DNA of 64,000 bases from Muribaculaceae bacterium (GCA_023665425.1 JAMPDX010000001.1:811988-875987); one strand, 5' to 3'; shown: positions 24,952-35,154, numbered from the stretch's first letter. Notes: generated from the sequence alone by a model not told the origin. A program made the numbers and translations.

Positions 24952-27453
24952 ATGAACTCAAAGAATACACCAAGATATAGCAAATCTGCAGCCGGGAGAA
25001 GCATAAACCGTGACTCTCAAAAGACGCAGATACCTCTCACGGCAGAGCAAAGGCGATACCAGCGTAGTCGTATGATAGTCAAGTGGATGTGGATTAGTTT
25101 CCTCTCCATAGGCTTTATCGGCTTCCTGTTCTTGCTGCTCATCTATAATGGTATCATAGGCTATATGCCCCCCATTGATGAGTTGGAGGACCCGCACGAT
25201 AATTTTGCCTCTGTGCTCTATGCCTCTGACGGCACCACCGAGATTGGCCGTTTTTACGAGGTGAATGCCAATCGAGAGAATGTGGAGTTCAAGGATATCT
25301 CACCCTACGTGATTGATGCCTTGTTGGCCACCGAGGATGCCCGCTTTATGCAGCATAGCGGTATCGACTTCCGTGCTCTTGGGCGCACCGGTGTCAAGAC
25401 ACTGCTCATGGGCGACAAGAGCTCCGGTGGCGCATCAACTATCACTCAGCAGCTTGCCAAGATATTGTACACAAAGAAGGCTCTCAGAGGCTGGAAACGA
25501 GGCCTGCAGAAGCCTATCGAATGGATGATAGCCATCAAGCTGGAGCGCGTATATACCAAGGAGGAGCTCATCAAGATGTATCTCAATCGTTTCGACTTCC
25601 TCAACAATGCCATCGGTATCAAGACAGCAGCTGCCGTCTATTTCAATAAATTGCCCAATCAGCTCAATATTCAGGAGAGCGCTTTGCTGATAGGTATGCT
25701 CAAGAATCCAAGCTATTATAATCCCCTTTCGCACCCCGACAGAGCCTTGGGCCGCCGCAACACCGTGCTTGGCCAAATGGAGAAAGCCGGCCTGCTCACT
25801 CAGGCTGACTATGACTCCATATCTCAGATCCCCTTGGGGCTCGACTACCATAAAGTGACCCGCACCGAGGGCACCGACTCATATCTGCGCGAGCAGATAC
25901 GCCGTGTAATGACAGCCCATAAGCCCGTGAGGCCCAAACGCGCCGACTATAAGTCTGAGACATCATATAAACTGGCACTGGGCAAATATAACACAGACTC
26001 CGTGCAGTGGGCCGATGATGCCTTATATGGCTGGGTGGATAAGAATCCGCGTGCCGATGGCGAGCTGTATGACCTCGACAATGATGGTCTGCGCATATAT
26101 ACCACTATTGATGTGAAGATGCAGCAGTATGCCGAGGAAGCCATGTATGAGCAGCTCGGTGGAGTATTGCAGCCCGCTTTTGCTCAAGAGAAGGGTGGTA
26201 ACCCCTACACTCGCAACCCCAATGAACTCTCCGCTGCCGGCCGAGCCAAACTCATCGAGTTGGGCAAGAAGCAGACCGAGCGTTACCGCATAATGAAGAA
26301 TGCGGGCAAGTCTGATGCCGAGATTGACAAGGTATTCTCCACCCCCCGCAAGATGAAGGTGTTTGCTTATGTCAAGGAGAATGGCAAACTTACCACCGGC
26401 TCAAAGGAGGTGACCATGTCTCCGCTCGACTCCATGCTATATATGAAGTCAATCCTGCGTATGGGTATGGTAAGTATGGATCCACAGACCGGTTATGTCA
26501 AGGCATATATCGGTGGTCCGGATTTCAACTACTTCCAGTATGACATGGCCGGCTATGGCCGCCGTCAGATAGGTTCTACCGCCAAGCCCTTCCTGTACTC
26601 GCTTGCGCTGATGAAGGGTATCAGCCCCAATGCCACCTACCTCAACTCGCAGCCCAACTTCAATGGCTGGAGTCCGCGCGGTTCCGCCGGAGGGCGCTCA
26701 GGGCAATATGTCACGATGAAGTGGGCCTTGGCTCATTCTAACAACTGGGTGACAGCACGTTTGGTAAACGAGTTGGGAGCATCCAACCTCGTGAAGCAGA
26801 TGCGCAAGTTCGGTATTACCGGCCACATGGATGCCACCCTCCCCTTGGCTCTTGGTCCGAATGATGTGAGCGTGATGGAGCTGGTAGGTGCATATACCGC
26901 ATTTGCCAACGACGGTATGCGCACCATGCCCGTGATAGTCTCTCGTATTGAAGACCAGAACGGCAATGTGATTTATTCAGCTCGCCCACATCGTGTGGAA
27001 GTGATGCCCCGTGACGCCGTGTATGATATGCTCGATATGATGATGGGTGTTGTGGAGCAAGGTACAGCCCGCTCCCTGCGCGGCATGGGCCTGACAGCCG
27101 AGATGGCCGGCAAGACCGGTACGACCAATAACAATGCCGATATGTGGTTTGTGGGCTTTATCCCCGATCTTGTCACCGGCGTATGGATTGGCGGAGAGGA
27201 GAGATACATCCACTTTGACAGCATGGCCTTCGGTCAGGGTGCCAAGGCTGCATTGCCTGTCTATGGCCTGTATATGAAGAAACTTTATGCCGACCCTACC
27301 CTACACTATAGTCAGGACGAAAAGTTCACCTTCCCCGCGGGCTATCACCGCACTCGATATAATGCCGCCCCGCGCCGCTCAAGTGGCGGCAGTTCGTCAG
27401 CCCAAACCGAGACTGTCGAGGTGGAGGAAGTAATGATTGACGCTCTGGAGTAA
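24952..27453 (+). CDS. Bifunctional class A penicillin-binding protein (PBP1A: glycosyltransferase + transpeptidase)
   Basis: GT51 motifs ATEDARFMQHSGID and TITQQLAK. Transpeptidase motifs STAKP (SxxK), SNN (SxN) and KTGTT (KTG). Confidence 0.92.
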   Translation: MNSKNTPRYSKSAAGRSINRDSQKTQIPLTAEQRRYQRSRMIVKWMWISFLSIGFIGFLFLLLIYNGIIGYMPPIDELEDPHDNFASVLYASDGTTEIGRFYEVNANRENVEFKDISPYVIDALLATEDARFMQHSGIDFRALGRTGVKTLLMGDKSSGGASTITQQLAKILYTKKALRGWKRGLQKPIEWMIAIKLERVYTKEELIKMYLNRFDFLNNAIGIKTAAAVYFNKLPNQLNIQESALLIGMLKNPSYYNPLSHPDRALGRRNTVLGQMEKAGLLTQADYDSISQIPLGLDYHKVTRTEGTDSYLREQIRRVMTAHKPVRPKRADYKSETSYKLALGKYNTDSVQWADDALYGWVDKNPRADGELYDLDNDGLRIYTTIDVKMQQYAEEAMYEQLGGVLQPAFAQEKGGNPYTRNPNELSAAGRAKLIELGKKQTERYRIMKNAGKSDAEIDKVFSTPRKMKVFAYVKENGKLTTGSKEVTMSPLDSMLYMKSILRMGMVSMDPQTGYVKAYIGGPDFNYFQYDMAGYGRRQIGSTAKPFLYSLALMKGISPNATYLNSQPNFNGWSPRGSAGGRSGQYVTMKWALAHSNNWVTARLVNELGASNLVKQMRKFGITGHMDATLPLALGPNDVSVMELVGAYTAFANDGMRTMPVIVSRIEDQNGNVIYSARPHRVEVMPRDAVYDMLDMMMGVVEQGTARSLRGMGLTAEMAGKTGTTNNNADMWFVGFIPDLVTGVWIGGEERYIHFDSMAFGQGAKAALPVYGLYMKKLYADPTLHYSQDEKFTFPAGYHRTRYNAAPRRSSGGSSSAQTETVEVEEVMIDALE

Positions 27454-27615
27454 TAAATTAGACCTCGTGGGTTACAAGCCCTCGAGGTCTAAAAATTTAC
27501 CGAAATTTAATCCACAGTAAATCGGTGTTCTGGCGGACACCCTCACGCGCATATCGGTTAGTTTTTCAACATCCACCTCATGCGCTGACCTGTTATTACA
27601 GTGTCATGTAAGTGA

Positions 27616-28176
27616 TTACTTCTTGAAAAAGCGGTTGTAGAGGCCCTGGAAGCCCTGACCGTGACGGGCCTCATCCTTAGCCATCTCGTGTACAGTGTCG
27701 TGGATGGCATCGTGGTTCATCTTTTTGGCGTTGGCTGCGATGCGCATCTTGTCTGCATTAGCGCCGGCTTCAGCTGCCATACGCTTCTCAAGGTTGGTCT
27801 TGGTATCCCATACCATGTCGCCGAGCAGCTCAGCAAACTTGGCAGCGTGCTCAGCCTCCTCAAAGGCGTAGCGCTTGAAGGCTTCGGCAACCTCGGGATA
27901 ACCCTCACGGTCTGCCTGACGGCTCATTGCCAGATACATACCCACCTCGGTGCACTCACCGATGAAGTGGTTGTTCAGGTCCTTCTTCATCTCATCGTCA
28001 GCCTCTTTGGCGATACCTACCACATGCTCGGTCACAAACTGAAGCATAGCGTCGTGTGCGTCTTGAGTATATTCTTTGAACTTTGAAGCGGGAGCGCCAC
28101 ACTGGGGGCACTTCTCGGGTGCTGTTTCACCGGGTGCGATGTAACCGCAAACGGTGCAAATCCATTCTTTTACCAT
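27616..28176 (-). CDS. rbr: Rubrerythrin with the rubredoxin-like CxxC...CxxC domain at the N-terminus (reverse domain order)
   Basis: CTVCGY...CPQCG at residues 7-28, followed by the ferritin-like diiron motifs EEAEHAAKF and DEARH. Confidence 0.9.
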   Translation of the reverse strand: MVKEWICTVCGYIAPGETAPEKCPQCGAPASKFKEYTQDAHDAMLQFVTEHVVGIAKEADDEMKKDLNNHFIGECTEVGMYLAMSRQADREGYPEVAEAFKRYAFEEAEHAAKFAELLGDMVWDTKTNLEKRMAAEAGANADKMRIAANAKKMNHDAIHDTVHEMAKDEARHGQGFQGLYNRFFKK

Positions 28177-28213
28177 GATTTTTTATTATAAGTTATGAAA
28201 TAGTGTGTTTTGT

Positions 28214-28239
28214 TCTATCGCAATTTTCTATCGCAATTT
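28214..28239. promoter_or_regulatory. Perfect tandem duplication of the 13-mer tctatcgcaattt between the rubrerythrin -7 box and its start codon; candidate operator
   Basis: 28214-28226 and 28227-28239 are identical. Confidence 0.5.
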
Positions 28240-28247
28240 CTGTGATG

Positions 28248-28255
28248 CAAAAATA
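28248..28255 (-). promoter_or_regulatory. -7 box TATTTTTG upstream of rubrerythrin
   Basis: Plus strand reads caaaaata, 72 nt upstream of ATG 28176. Confidence 0.45.
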
Positions 28256-28280
28256 GCACTATTTTTTGAATCATCAATAA

Positions 28281-30830
28281 TTAATCCGAATTTTTTTGTA
28301 GCCGCGAGAGGATGCTGAGCAATGTATCACCCATGCCGATGGTGTAGCCTGTGGAGACCCATACGATACGGTTAAAGGTGTCGGCCACCACAAATATGGG
28401 CAATACCGGTTGCGACAAGTGCAGGGACTCCACTATCTCGTTGCGGCTAACAGAGTCGTTATCAATGCCAAAGACCACATTTTGGGGCAGGTCGGGATAA
28501 ATATTGTTGTTGAAACGGGCTGCTTGACTTTCATTCTCAAAGAGCAGCATAATCTTTGCACCCGTATCTTCGAGGCGCTCGGCCACGGCACTCATATCAT
28601 TGAGCGTGTGGGCCGACGGCTCATTGTTCGCCGCTATCAGCCCCAACACATAATATCCGCGCCCGGTGGTGGAGAGCAGGCTTTTGTCAACATCGGCGGC
28701 AATATCATGATATATGTTTTCTGCATTCAGCGACCCAATCACTGACAGAGAGCTGTCATCTTGCCGGATGGTCAATTCTTTCACTGTCGTTTTGCCAGCC
28801 TTGACAGTGAAGATTTCGCTGTGCGCAAGTACCCCTCCATTGGCCAGACGTTGCCCGGAAGTAAGGATATATTGCCCATCCTCCAACTCGTATGGCTCGG
28901 CAAATAGGGATGACAGAGATGCGTTTTCGTCAAATTCGAGCAGTTGCACCTCGCCACTTGATATACGCGAGATTGAGAATTGGGAGTAATATTTAGGGTC
29001 AACAATATGCCCTTGAGGTGTGTAGGTCAGCATTAGTGAGCCTTTGCTTGTTGTGGGAGCTGAGTCTGCTGCACCATGAGTGCCGAAGTCAACATCTATC
29101 CAACCTTTGCCGTCTGCGGAATATTGAGTAGAGGCTGTCACCGGGTCAATGCGCGCCGGGATACCAATGGAGCGGGCGGCTGCTACAAAGAAGATATTTC
29201 GGGATGTGGCATCAGCCTTCTTGGTGTTGAGCACCGCCAACGGGCTCATGCGCAAGTTCATGGGGTTCTCATCGTCTGCGAGAGTGATGTTCTCCTTAAT
29301 CCATGCTGCCAGCTTAAGCGGGTCAGCCGTCATCTCAGCTGCTTGTTGAGCAAAAGCTTCGCTCAGGGTGCCTCTCCATGGGCGGAGGTATTCAATCTCA
29401 ATGCGAGGAGAGAGGATATATTTGTTATAAAAGTCATCATCATATCCGGGATTGGCAACACTGTTTCGGACAGCATCGGCGATAACGGCCATCGGGATAT
29501 CGCGTCGGTCCTTCTCCGTTACATTGAGCAGCAGGTCTACGGCATCCTGTCTCTGTGCCGGGCTGAGTGCCTCCAAGCACTTTACAATATTGGTATGATT
29601 GCCTCGCGACTCCACGAGAATAGTCTCCAAAGCGTTGGCATCTACCCCCAGCCGGGTGGCTTCCACGCTTGCGAGACTTGGCGTGGCGAATGTGGCAATA
29701 TATGCATTGCGTATGGAGTCCTCTTGCTGCAGTCTGTAAGTGTTGGCGGCACGTTGTTCCGTCGTTACGGCCGGCAACTTGGCTCCGGCGGGTGGCGGAG
29801 TTAAGTCAAAATCAAATGAGCCGATGAAGTCAGCATCTTTGTCGAGCACTACTTCGCAATGGGAGTCGGCAAACTCAGCCGGATTACCCTTGGTAATACC
29901 ATAATTTACCCCGTCGGTGGCCCAGACCACGATGTCACCTAATCCGGCAGTGAGAGAAGCCCGGCCGTCAGCATCGGCTGTTTTGGTCACAGCTGGATAA
30001 TATTCAGCATAGTTATAGATGCAGAATTTGACCTTGGCTCCGGGCACAGGAACCCCCTCTTTTGTCACCACCTGTACCGGCAGTGTGGCCACCGGAGCAT
30101 AATTGGCAGTGACATTAATCCGTGTTGTGAGAGGCTGCTTGAGGAGTACCTCTTCCGGCCCTTGATAGTCGCCCGTTACATTAGTGCTCATCAGCAATCC
30201 ACGCGATGCCGGCTCATTAAACCAGGCGAGGTCAAGGATAGGCTCAGGTTCACATGCCCCGAGGAAGTGCCATTTACCATCGGCCCAAGCCTCTACCCAC
30301 GCATGATTATCATCAGTGTGGGCCCACCGCGGTGTGTAAATCTGGCGTGCGGGGATGCCCACAGAACGTAAGGCTGCAACCGTGAATGTCGACTCTTCTC
30401 CGCAGCGCCCTATAGCCTGGCTCACACTTGACAGTGGAGAGGAGGTGCGCCCGTCGGAGGGTTTGTAGCTCACCTTCTCATGGCACCAATGGTTCACCTC
30501 AAGTATCGCATCTTTCATTGACAAACCTTTGACACGATCCTTCAGCTCTTCATAAAACAACATACGGGAGTCATCGAGGTTCTCATTGTTGACACGCACC
30601 GGAAGCACGAAATGGATAAACTCCCGGTCAGGCACAATGGAACCCCACGGCATCTCTTCCCTGGCCAGCAACGAGGCGTTTACATTAGCAGTGTAAAATT
30701 CCCGAGTATAGTCAGTCTTGTCCGGCAGCGACATCGAGGAATACAGAAAATCGAGGGCTTCCTCTTTTGTAATGGACCAAGCAGGTGCCCAGACAAGGAA
30801 GGAGAGGGCTAAAGTGCAAATTTTTCTCAC
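28281..30830 (-). CDS. Secreted transglutaminase-like cysteine protease-fold protein with a C-terminal thioredoxin-like region
   Basis: Signal peptide. The core is GRCGEESTFTVAALRSVGIPARQIYTPRWAHTDDNHAWVEAW (Cys-His-Asp). GTG start overlaps the cutC stop (GTGA). Confidence 0.85.
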   Translation of the reverse strand: MRKICTLALSFLVWAPAWSITKEEALDFLYSSMSLPDKTDYTREFYTANVNASLLAREEMPWGSIVPDREFIHFVLPVRVNNENLDDSRMLFYEELKDRVKGLSMKDAILEVNHWCHEKVSYKPSDGRTSSPLSSVSQAIGRCGEESTFTVAALRSVGIPARQIYTPRWAHTDDNHAWVEAWADGKWHFLGACEPEPILDLAWFNEPASRGLLMSTNVTGDYQGPEEVLLKQPLTTRINVTANYAPVATLPVQVVTKEGVPVPGAKVKFCIYNYAEYYPAVTKTADADGRASLTAGLGDIVVWATDGVNYGITKGNPAEFADSHCEVVLDKDADFIGSFDFDLTPPPAGAKLPAVTTEQRAANTYRLQQEDSIRNAYIATFATPSLASVEATRLGVDANALETILVESRGNHTNIVKCLEALSPAQRQDAVDLLLNVTEKDRRDIPMAVIADAVRNSVANPGYDDDFYNKYILSPRIEIEYLRPWRGTLSEAFAQQAAEMTADPLKLAAWIKENITLADDENPMNLRMSPLAVLNTKKADATSRNIFFVAAARSIGIPARIDPVTASTQYSADGKGWIDVDFGTHGAADSAPTTSKGSLMLTYTPQGHIVDPKYYSQFSISRISSGEVQLLEFDENASLSSLFAEPYELEDGQYILTSGQRLANGGVLAHSEIFTVKAGKTTVKELTIRQDDSSLSVIGSLNAENIYHDIAADVDKSLLSTTGRGYYVLGLIAANNEPSAHTLNDMSAVAERLEDTGAKIMLLFENESQAARFNNNIYPDLPQNVVFGIDNDSVSRNEIVESLHLSQPVLPIFVVADTFNRIVWVSTGYTIGMGDTLLSILSRLQKNSD

Positions 30831-31579
30831 AGTTTCAAAAGTTTTTTCACGATATCGGTTGATGTAAATTTAGGGGCATATTCATCGCAACCCGGCACCC
30901 CCATCGACACCGAAGGGCGGCGGAATAGCATATTGCTTTCCATCGGGCAGCGTGCAGTGGAGTGGATAGCAGTGACACCGGTAGCCGCGATAATGTCGGC
31001 CCCGTTTTGTGGCGAGATGCCGGCCCCGGCCATGATGGACAGACGCCCGGCAGATTGTTCAACCAGCTTTTTGATGACAGATGCACCCTCAAGTGCAGTA
31101 GGTGCCATGCCGGATGTCAGCAGACAGTCAGCTCCCAGTGAGATGATAGCCTCCAATGCCGTTCCGGCCTCCCGACACACGTCAAAAGCTCTGTGAAATG
31201 TGATATATGGCTTCGGTCTGCCCTGCGCTGCAGATGCCTGTATGGCGGCGTCTATGAGGCGACGGCAGGTAGTTGTGTCAATGTCACCCTCGGCGGTGAG
31301 CGCCCCTATCACAATGCCGGTGGCACCGGCCTCAATGGCTGCCCAGATGTCGGACGACATCAATTCTATCTCCGGTTCGGTGTACAGGAAGTCTCCCGGT
31401 CTGGGCCGTATAAGCACATTTACCTGTTTTATACCGGCGGCTACGGCAGCGCGTATAAGCGCATACGATGGGGTCAGCCCACCTTCCGCCAGTCCGGAGC
31501 ACAACTCAATGCGCTCTGCTCCTACTGCCTTGGCGGCAAGCACATCTCTCAGGGAGCCGCAACATATCTCCACAGTCAT
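30827..31579 (-). CDS. cutC: Copper homeostasis protein CutC family
   Basis: MTVEICCGSLRDVLAAKAVGAERIELCSGLAEGGLTPS. Start chosen at ATG 31579, which forms an ATGA overlap with the fucosidase stop. The track start (GTG 31588) remains possible. Confidence 0.85.
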   Translation of the reverse strand: MTVEICCGSLRDVLAAKAVGAERIELCSGLAEGGLTPSYALIRAAVAAGIKQVNVLIRPRPGDFLYTEPEIELMSSDIWAAIEAGATGIVIGALTAEGDIDTTTCRRLIDAAIQASAAQGRPKPYITFHRAFDVCREAGTALEAIISLGADCLLTSGMAPTALEGASVIKKLVEQSAGRLSIMAGAGISPQNGADIIAATGVTAIHSTARCPMESNMLFRRPSVSMGVPGCDEYAPKFTSTDIVKKLLKL

Positions 31580-32871
31580 AAAGCACACTCTATTATATAG
31601 TCTACAGACTCCGGGATCGCATCCAATTGGAGCATGGTATGGTCACCCACACGACTGAATTTTATCTGCTTTTGGCTCCCGTACTCAAAGGCCTTTTTGA
31701 TTTTCAGGTCTGTGGGGAGCAGTATGGCATTTGTCTCAGGAGTCATGATGTGTACAAACAGACGGTTGCCTTTGCGCGTGGTGGTACCCCATGACTGTGC
31801 CGCGAAGGGGCCTGCTCCGGTGCCATAAATTGTCTCCCCGTTGACACGCAGCCATTCACCCATCTCTTTCATGCGAGCCAGAGCGGCGGCCGGTAGTTCG
31901 CCATTGGGTTGCGGACCCACATTTAGCAGCAGGTTTGCACCCATTCCGGCGGCCTTCACCAAATATCGTATAAGTGTCTTAGTATCCTTATAGTCCTGGT
32001 CCTTAATCTTATAGCCCCACATGCCGTTCATAGTGTTGCAGGTCTCGAGGGGTAATCGACTTATCTGCTGACCGGAGTAGCCGGCGGTGTTCTCGCCGGG
32101 CAGGTCGCGCTCGAATATCTGGATGTCCTCACCGGCGAAGGGGGCCTGATGATGATTGTTGGCCACTAAGCAGCCGGGCTGCAGCGAGTGTATAAGGGCA
32201 TATTGCTCGGGGAGCTGCCAGTCGAAGGGGGTGGCATCCTCATCATGGTCCCACCAACCGTCAAACCAGATGGCTCTGATAGGCCCGTAATTTGTCAGCA
32301 GCTCGGTGAGCTGATTGTTCATGAATTGATAATAGTTGTCCCAATCAGCCTTCGAGGGGTCACGGCCGGTGTCGTGGCCGGTGCGGCCCCACGGGTAATC
32401 CTCGCGTGTCCAATCTATGTGTGAGTAATATAGGTGGAGAGCAATACCCTGCTTCTGACATTCGTCGGACAATTCTTTGAGTATATCCCGCTTGAAGGGG
32501 GTGGCATCCACAATGTCATAGTCGCTCCAGGCGGTGTCGAACATGGAGAACCCGTCATGGTGGCGCGAGGTTATGGTGATATACTTCGCACCGGCATCCT
32601 TGATGGCGCTGACCCATTCGGCTGCATTGAAGTCTGCCGGATAGAAACCCTTGGCGGCCTTGGCATACTCCTCTGCCGTGGGGCCGTAATTGAGAAACCA
32701 TTCCCCCTGTCCGAACATGCTGTAAATGCCCCAATGGATGAAGATGCCAAATCTGTCGGCTGCAAACTCCTGTTGTGATTGCTTGGTCTGCTCGGTGGGG
32801 ATATATTCCTGAGCGTTGGCTACTGATGCCATCGCCATAAGAGAGGCTAATATCAAATTGCGCTGTTTCAT
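31576..32871 (-). CDS. Alpha-L-fucosidase (GH29)
   Basis: FGIFIHWGIYSMFGQGEW and ITITSRHHDGFSMFDT. Start at ATG 32871 (MKQRNLILASLMAMASVANA signal peptide), forming an ATGA overlap with the ROK gene stop. Confidence 0.9.
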   Translation of the reverse strand: MKQRNLILASLMAMASVANAQEYIPTEQTKQSQQEFAADRFGIFIHWGIYSMFGQGEWFLNYGPTAEEYAKAAKGFYPADFNAAEWVSAIKDAGAKYITITSRHHDGFSMFDTAWSDYDIVDATPFKRDILKELSDECQKQGIALHLYYSHIDWTREDYPWGRTGHDTGRDPSKADWDNYYQFMNNQLTELLTNYGPIRAIWFDGWWDHDEDATPFDWQLPEQYALIHSLQPGCLVANNHHQAPFAGEDIQIFERDLPGENTAGYSGQQISRLPLETCNTMNGMWGYKIKDQDYKDTKTLIRYLVKAAGMGANLLLNVGPQPNGELPAAALARMKEMGEWLRVNGETIYGTGAGPFAAQSWGTTTRKGNRLFVHIMTPETNAILLPTDLKIKKAFEYGSQKQIKFSRVGDHTMLQLDAIPESVDYIIECAL

Positions 32872-33827
32872 CTTGTCATCATTGGCAAGGATGCGGCGCC
32901 GAGGATTGCAGCATCGGCATCCTTGAGGGTGGAACATAAAAATCTTACTTTGCCCCGATATAAGTGGATTGCCATTCGGTCAAATTCTTCTCTCATCGGT
33001 TTCAGGAGCAACTCTCCGGCCTTGGAGACCCCACCAAAGAGGATGATAGCTTCCGGATCGGCAAAGGCGGCAAACTCGGCAGCGGCAGCGCCAAGGCAGG
33101 TGCCGGTGAAGTTTAACACTTCGAGTGCTAATTCATCGCCGTTATTTGCGGCTATGCTCACATCTTTGGCTGTCAGGTCTGGTATCCCTCTCAATGAGGA
33201 TGACCTGTCATTTTTGTTCAATAGGGACTTGGCAGTGTGCACGATGCCCTTGGCAGAGGCTACTGTCTGCAGGCACCCTTTACGGCCGCATCCGCAGAGC
33301 CGGTCTGAGGCAAATGGAAAGGTGACATGTCCCAGCTCGCCTGCAAAGCCGCTTCGGCCTGTCAGTAAATGTCCGTCGACTACCACTCCGGCACCTACTC
33401 CGGTGCCTAAAGTCAGCTCTATGAAATTGGACATCTCTTTTGCTGCTCCATACATGTGCTCGCCAATGGCTGCGGCGTTGGCATCATTGCTTATTGTGGT
33501 CTTAATGCCGGTGCGTGCCTCAATCATTACAGCCAACGGGATAGGGGAGGGCCATGGCAGGTCTGTTGCTCCCTCGATGCAGCCGCTCATGGCGTTGGCA
33601 CAAGGGGCTCCAACACCGATACCGCTGATGCTTTCCGGCTTGATGTTGTGAGTGATGTTGGCAATACCGTCGGCCAATTTGTCTGCCCACTCTTCGATGG
33701 TGGGGGTGGCGGTTGGGAAACTATGTTGCCTCAATATGTTGCCCTCGATATCCACGAGCGCATATACGGTATTAGTGCCCCCAAGGTCTACTCCAATCGA
33801 ATATAAAGGTGTTGTGGAAGGTCTCAT
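32868..33827 (-). CDS. ROK-family sugar kinase (glucokinase-like)
   Basis: IGVDLGGTNT ATP-binding motif and CGCGRKGCLQT zinc motif. Confidence 0.85.
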   Translation of the reverse strand: MRPSTTPLYSIGVDLGGTNTVYALVDIEGNILRQHSFPTATPTIEEWADKLADGIANITHNIKPESISGIGVGAPCANAMSGCIEGATDLPWPSPIPLAVMIEARTGIKTTISNDANAAAIGEHMYGAAKEMSNFIELTLGTGVGAGVVVDGHLLTGRSGFAGELGHVTFPFASDRLCGCGRKGCLQTVASAKGIVHTAKSLLNKNDRSSSLRGIPDLTAKDVSIAANNGDELALEVLNFTGTCLGAAAAEFAAFADPEAIILFGGVSKAGELLLKPMREEFDRMAIHLYRGKVRFLCSTLKDADAAILGAASLPMMTR

Positions 33828-33843
33828 TAGAAGTAAGGTTATC

Positions 33844-35100
33844 TTAGAGCTTGTTTAATATATATACACAGGTGTCATGCCCGGGCCTGACGCACAGGTG
33901 GCGCGAACGGCGTACACCGGGTATCCATATAATGCGGTCTTGTGAGTCTACGGCCACCTGATATTTTGCCCGCAGTGGAGCCGGTATGCCGGCCTCGTGC
34001 AGCAGGTCGCTCACCAATTTTGTACCTTTAAACCCAAATGGCGCCAAACGCTCGCCCACACGCCAATGGCGGAAGGTGAGTTGCTCACCACCACTATAAT
34101 ATAGCACGTTGTTATCGCGGTTGGCACGGATTTCGGCCATCAGTTCATTAGTGAGAGGGGCGCATGTCATGGTGTATTTATTCGGCGACAACTCGTCGGT
34201 GTGCAGGTGCAGTCCGTCACGCTGCATGGCCACTATGCCATCGGGCAACTGCCAATGACACCCGGGTCGGAGACTCTCGGCCATCTCATCTATCTGGGTA
34301 GGGGAGGGATTACGCCCTGACAACCAGCGGAGAAGGAGCAGGGATTTATCGGCGGCCGAGTTATATGTCTCTGCCGGCAAGAAGTCTTGCTCAAGGGGGA
34401 GCTGTGCCGCGGCCTCGGTCAATGCACGCTCGGCCGACTGCATATTGCGCCGTGTGCGTGCCAACGTCTTATGTATGCCCGGCCAGCGAGTGGCAATAAG
34501 GGGTAATAGCTCGCGGCGTATGAAATTGCGTCGGTATTCAGTGCTCAGGTTGCTCGAATCGGTGATGTATTTTTCGCCTATTTCCTTTAAGTAAGTCTCA
34601 ATCTCGGCGCGCGAAACCTCAAGTAGTGGGCGGGCAATCGTGCCGGTGTCTGCCTTCATGCCGCACAATCCGGTCACTCCGGTGCCGCGAAAGAGGTTCA
34701 GAAGCATGGTCTCATCGTTGTCATCACGATTATGGGCGGTGACAATGCGCACACACTCCAACTCATGCATCAGTCGTTTGAACTCGGCATAGCGCAGTTC
34801 GCGGCACGCCATCTCCTCGCTAACACCATGGGCACTCATATATGCCGGCACATCAAAATGTACTTGTACACATTTGACGCCAAGGCGTTCGCAGGCGTTG
34901 ACCACAAACTCGCGGTCCCGCTCGCTCTCCTCCCCGCGGAGGTGGAAGTCGCAGTGCACCACCACAAAGGGATACCCACTGCGGTGGCAGGCATGAAGCA
35001 GGGCCATTGAGTCGGCTCCCCCACTGACACAGAGCAGAAGCCTCCCCTCAGACAGCGTGGCGCTCAATGCTTTGTAAATATGCTCCTTGGTGGCGCTCAT
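33844..35100 (-). CDS. tilS: tRNA(Ile)-lysidine synthase
   Basis: PP-loop LLCVSGGADSMALLH. Start at ATG 35100 (MSATKEHIYK). The 80-codon upstream extension in the track is rejected. Confidence 0.9.
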   Translation of the reverse strand: MSATKEHIYKALSATLSEGRLLLCVSGGADSMALLHACHRSGYPFVVVHCDFHLRGEESERDREFVVNACERLGVKCVQVHFDVPAYMSAHGVSEEMACRELRYAEFKRLMHELECVRIVTAHNRDDNDETMLLNLFRGTGVTGLCGMKADTGTIARPLLEVSRAEIETYLKEIGEKYITDSSNLSTEYRRNFIRRELLPLIATRWPGIHKTLARTRRNMQSAERALTEAAAQLPLEQDFLPAETYNSAADKSLLLLRWLSGRNPSPTQIDEMAESLRPGCHWQLPDGIVAMQRDGLHLHTDELSPNKYTMTCAPLTNELMAEIRANRDNNVLYYSGGEQLTFRHWRVGERLAPFGFKGTKLVSDLLHEAGIPAPLRAKYQVAVDSQDRIIWIPGVRRSRHLCVRPGHDTCVYILNKL

Positions 35101-35114
35101 AGTTAAATTTTCCG

Positions 35115-35122
35115 CAAATTTA
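35115..35122 (-). promoter_or_regulatory. Candidate -7 box TAAATTTG for tilS
   Basis: Plus strand reads caaattta, 15 nt upstream of the tilS ATG. Confidence 0.35.
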
Positions 35123-35154
35123 GCACAAAATTTGTTGGACTCCAAAAAAAATAG

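Noticed and set aside
27460-27490. A hairpin agacctcg...cgaggtct after the PBP1A gene, considered as a terminator.
   Set aside because: The stem is good, but no T-tract follows on either strand (AAAAATTT follows on the plus strand and AATTTATTA on the minus strand). It is left unannotated.
29076-29804. Long antisense ORFs inside housekeeping genes (29076..29804, 32923..33651, 37937..38482, 41890..42414, 46266..46850, 54990..55679 and others).
   Set aside because: Each is opposite a gene with unambiguous family motifs. Their translations lack motifs and are compositionally skewed.
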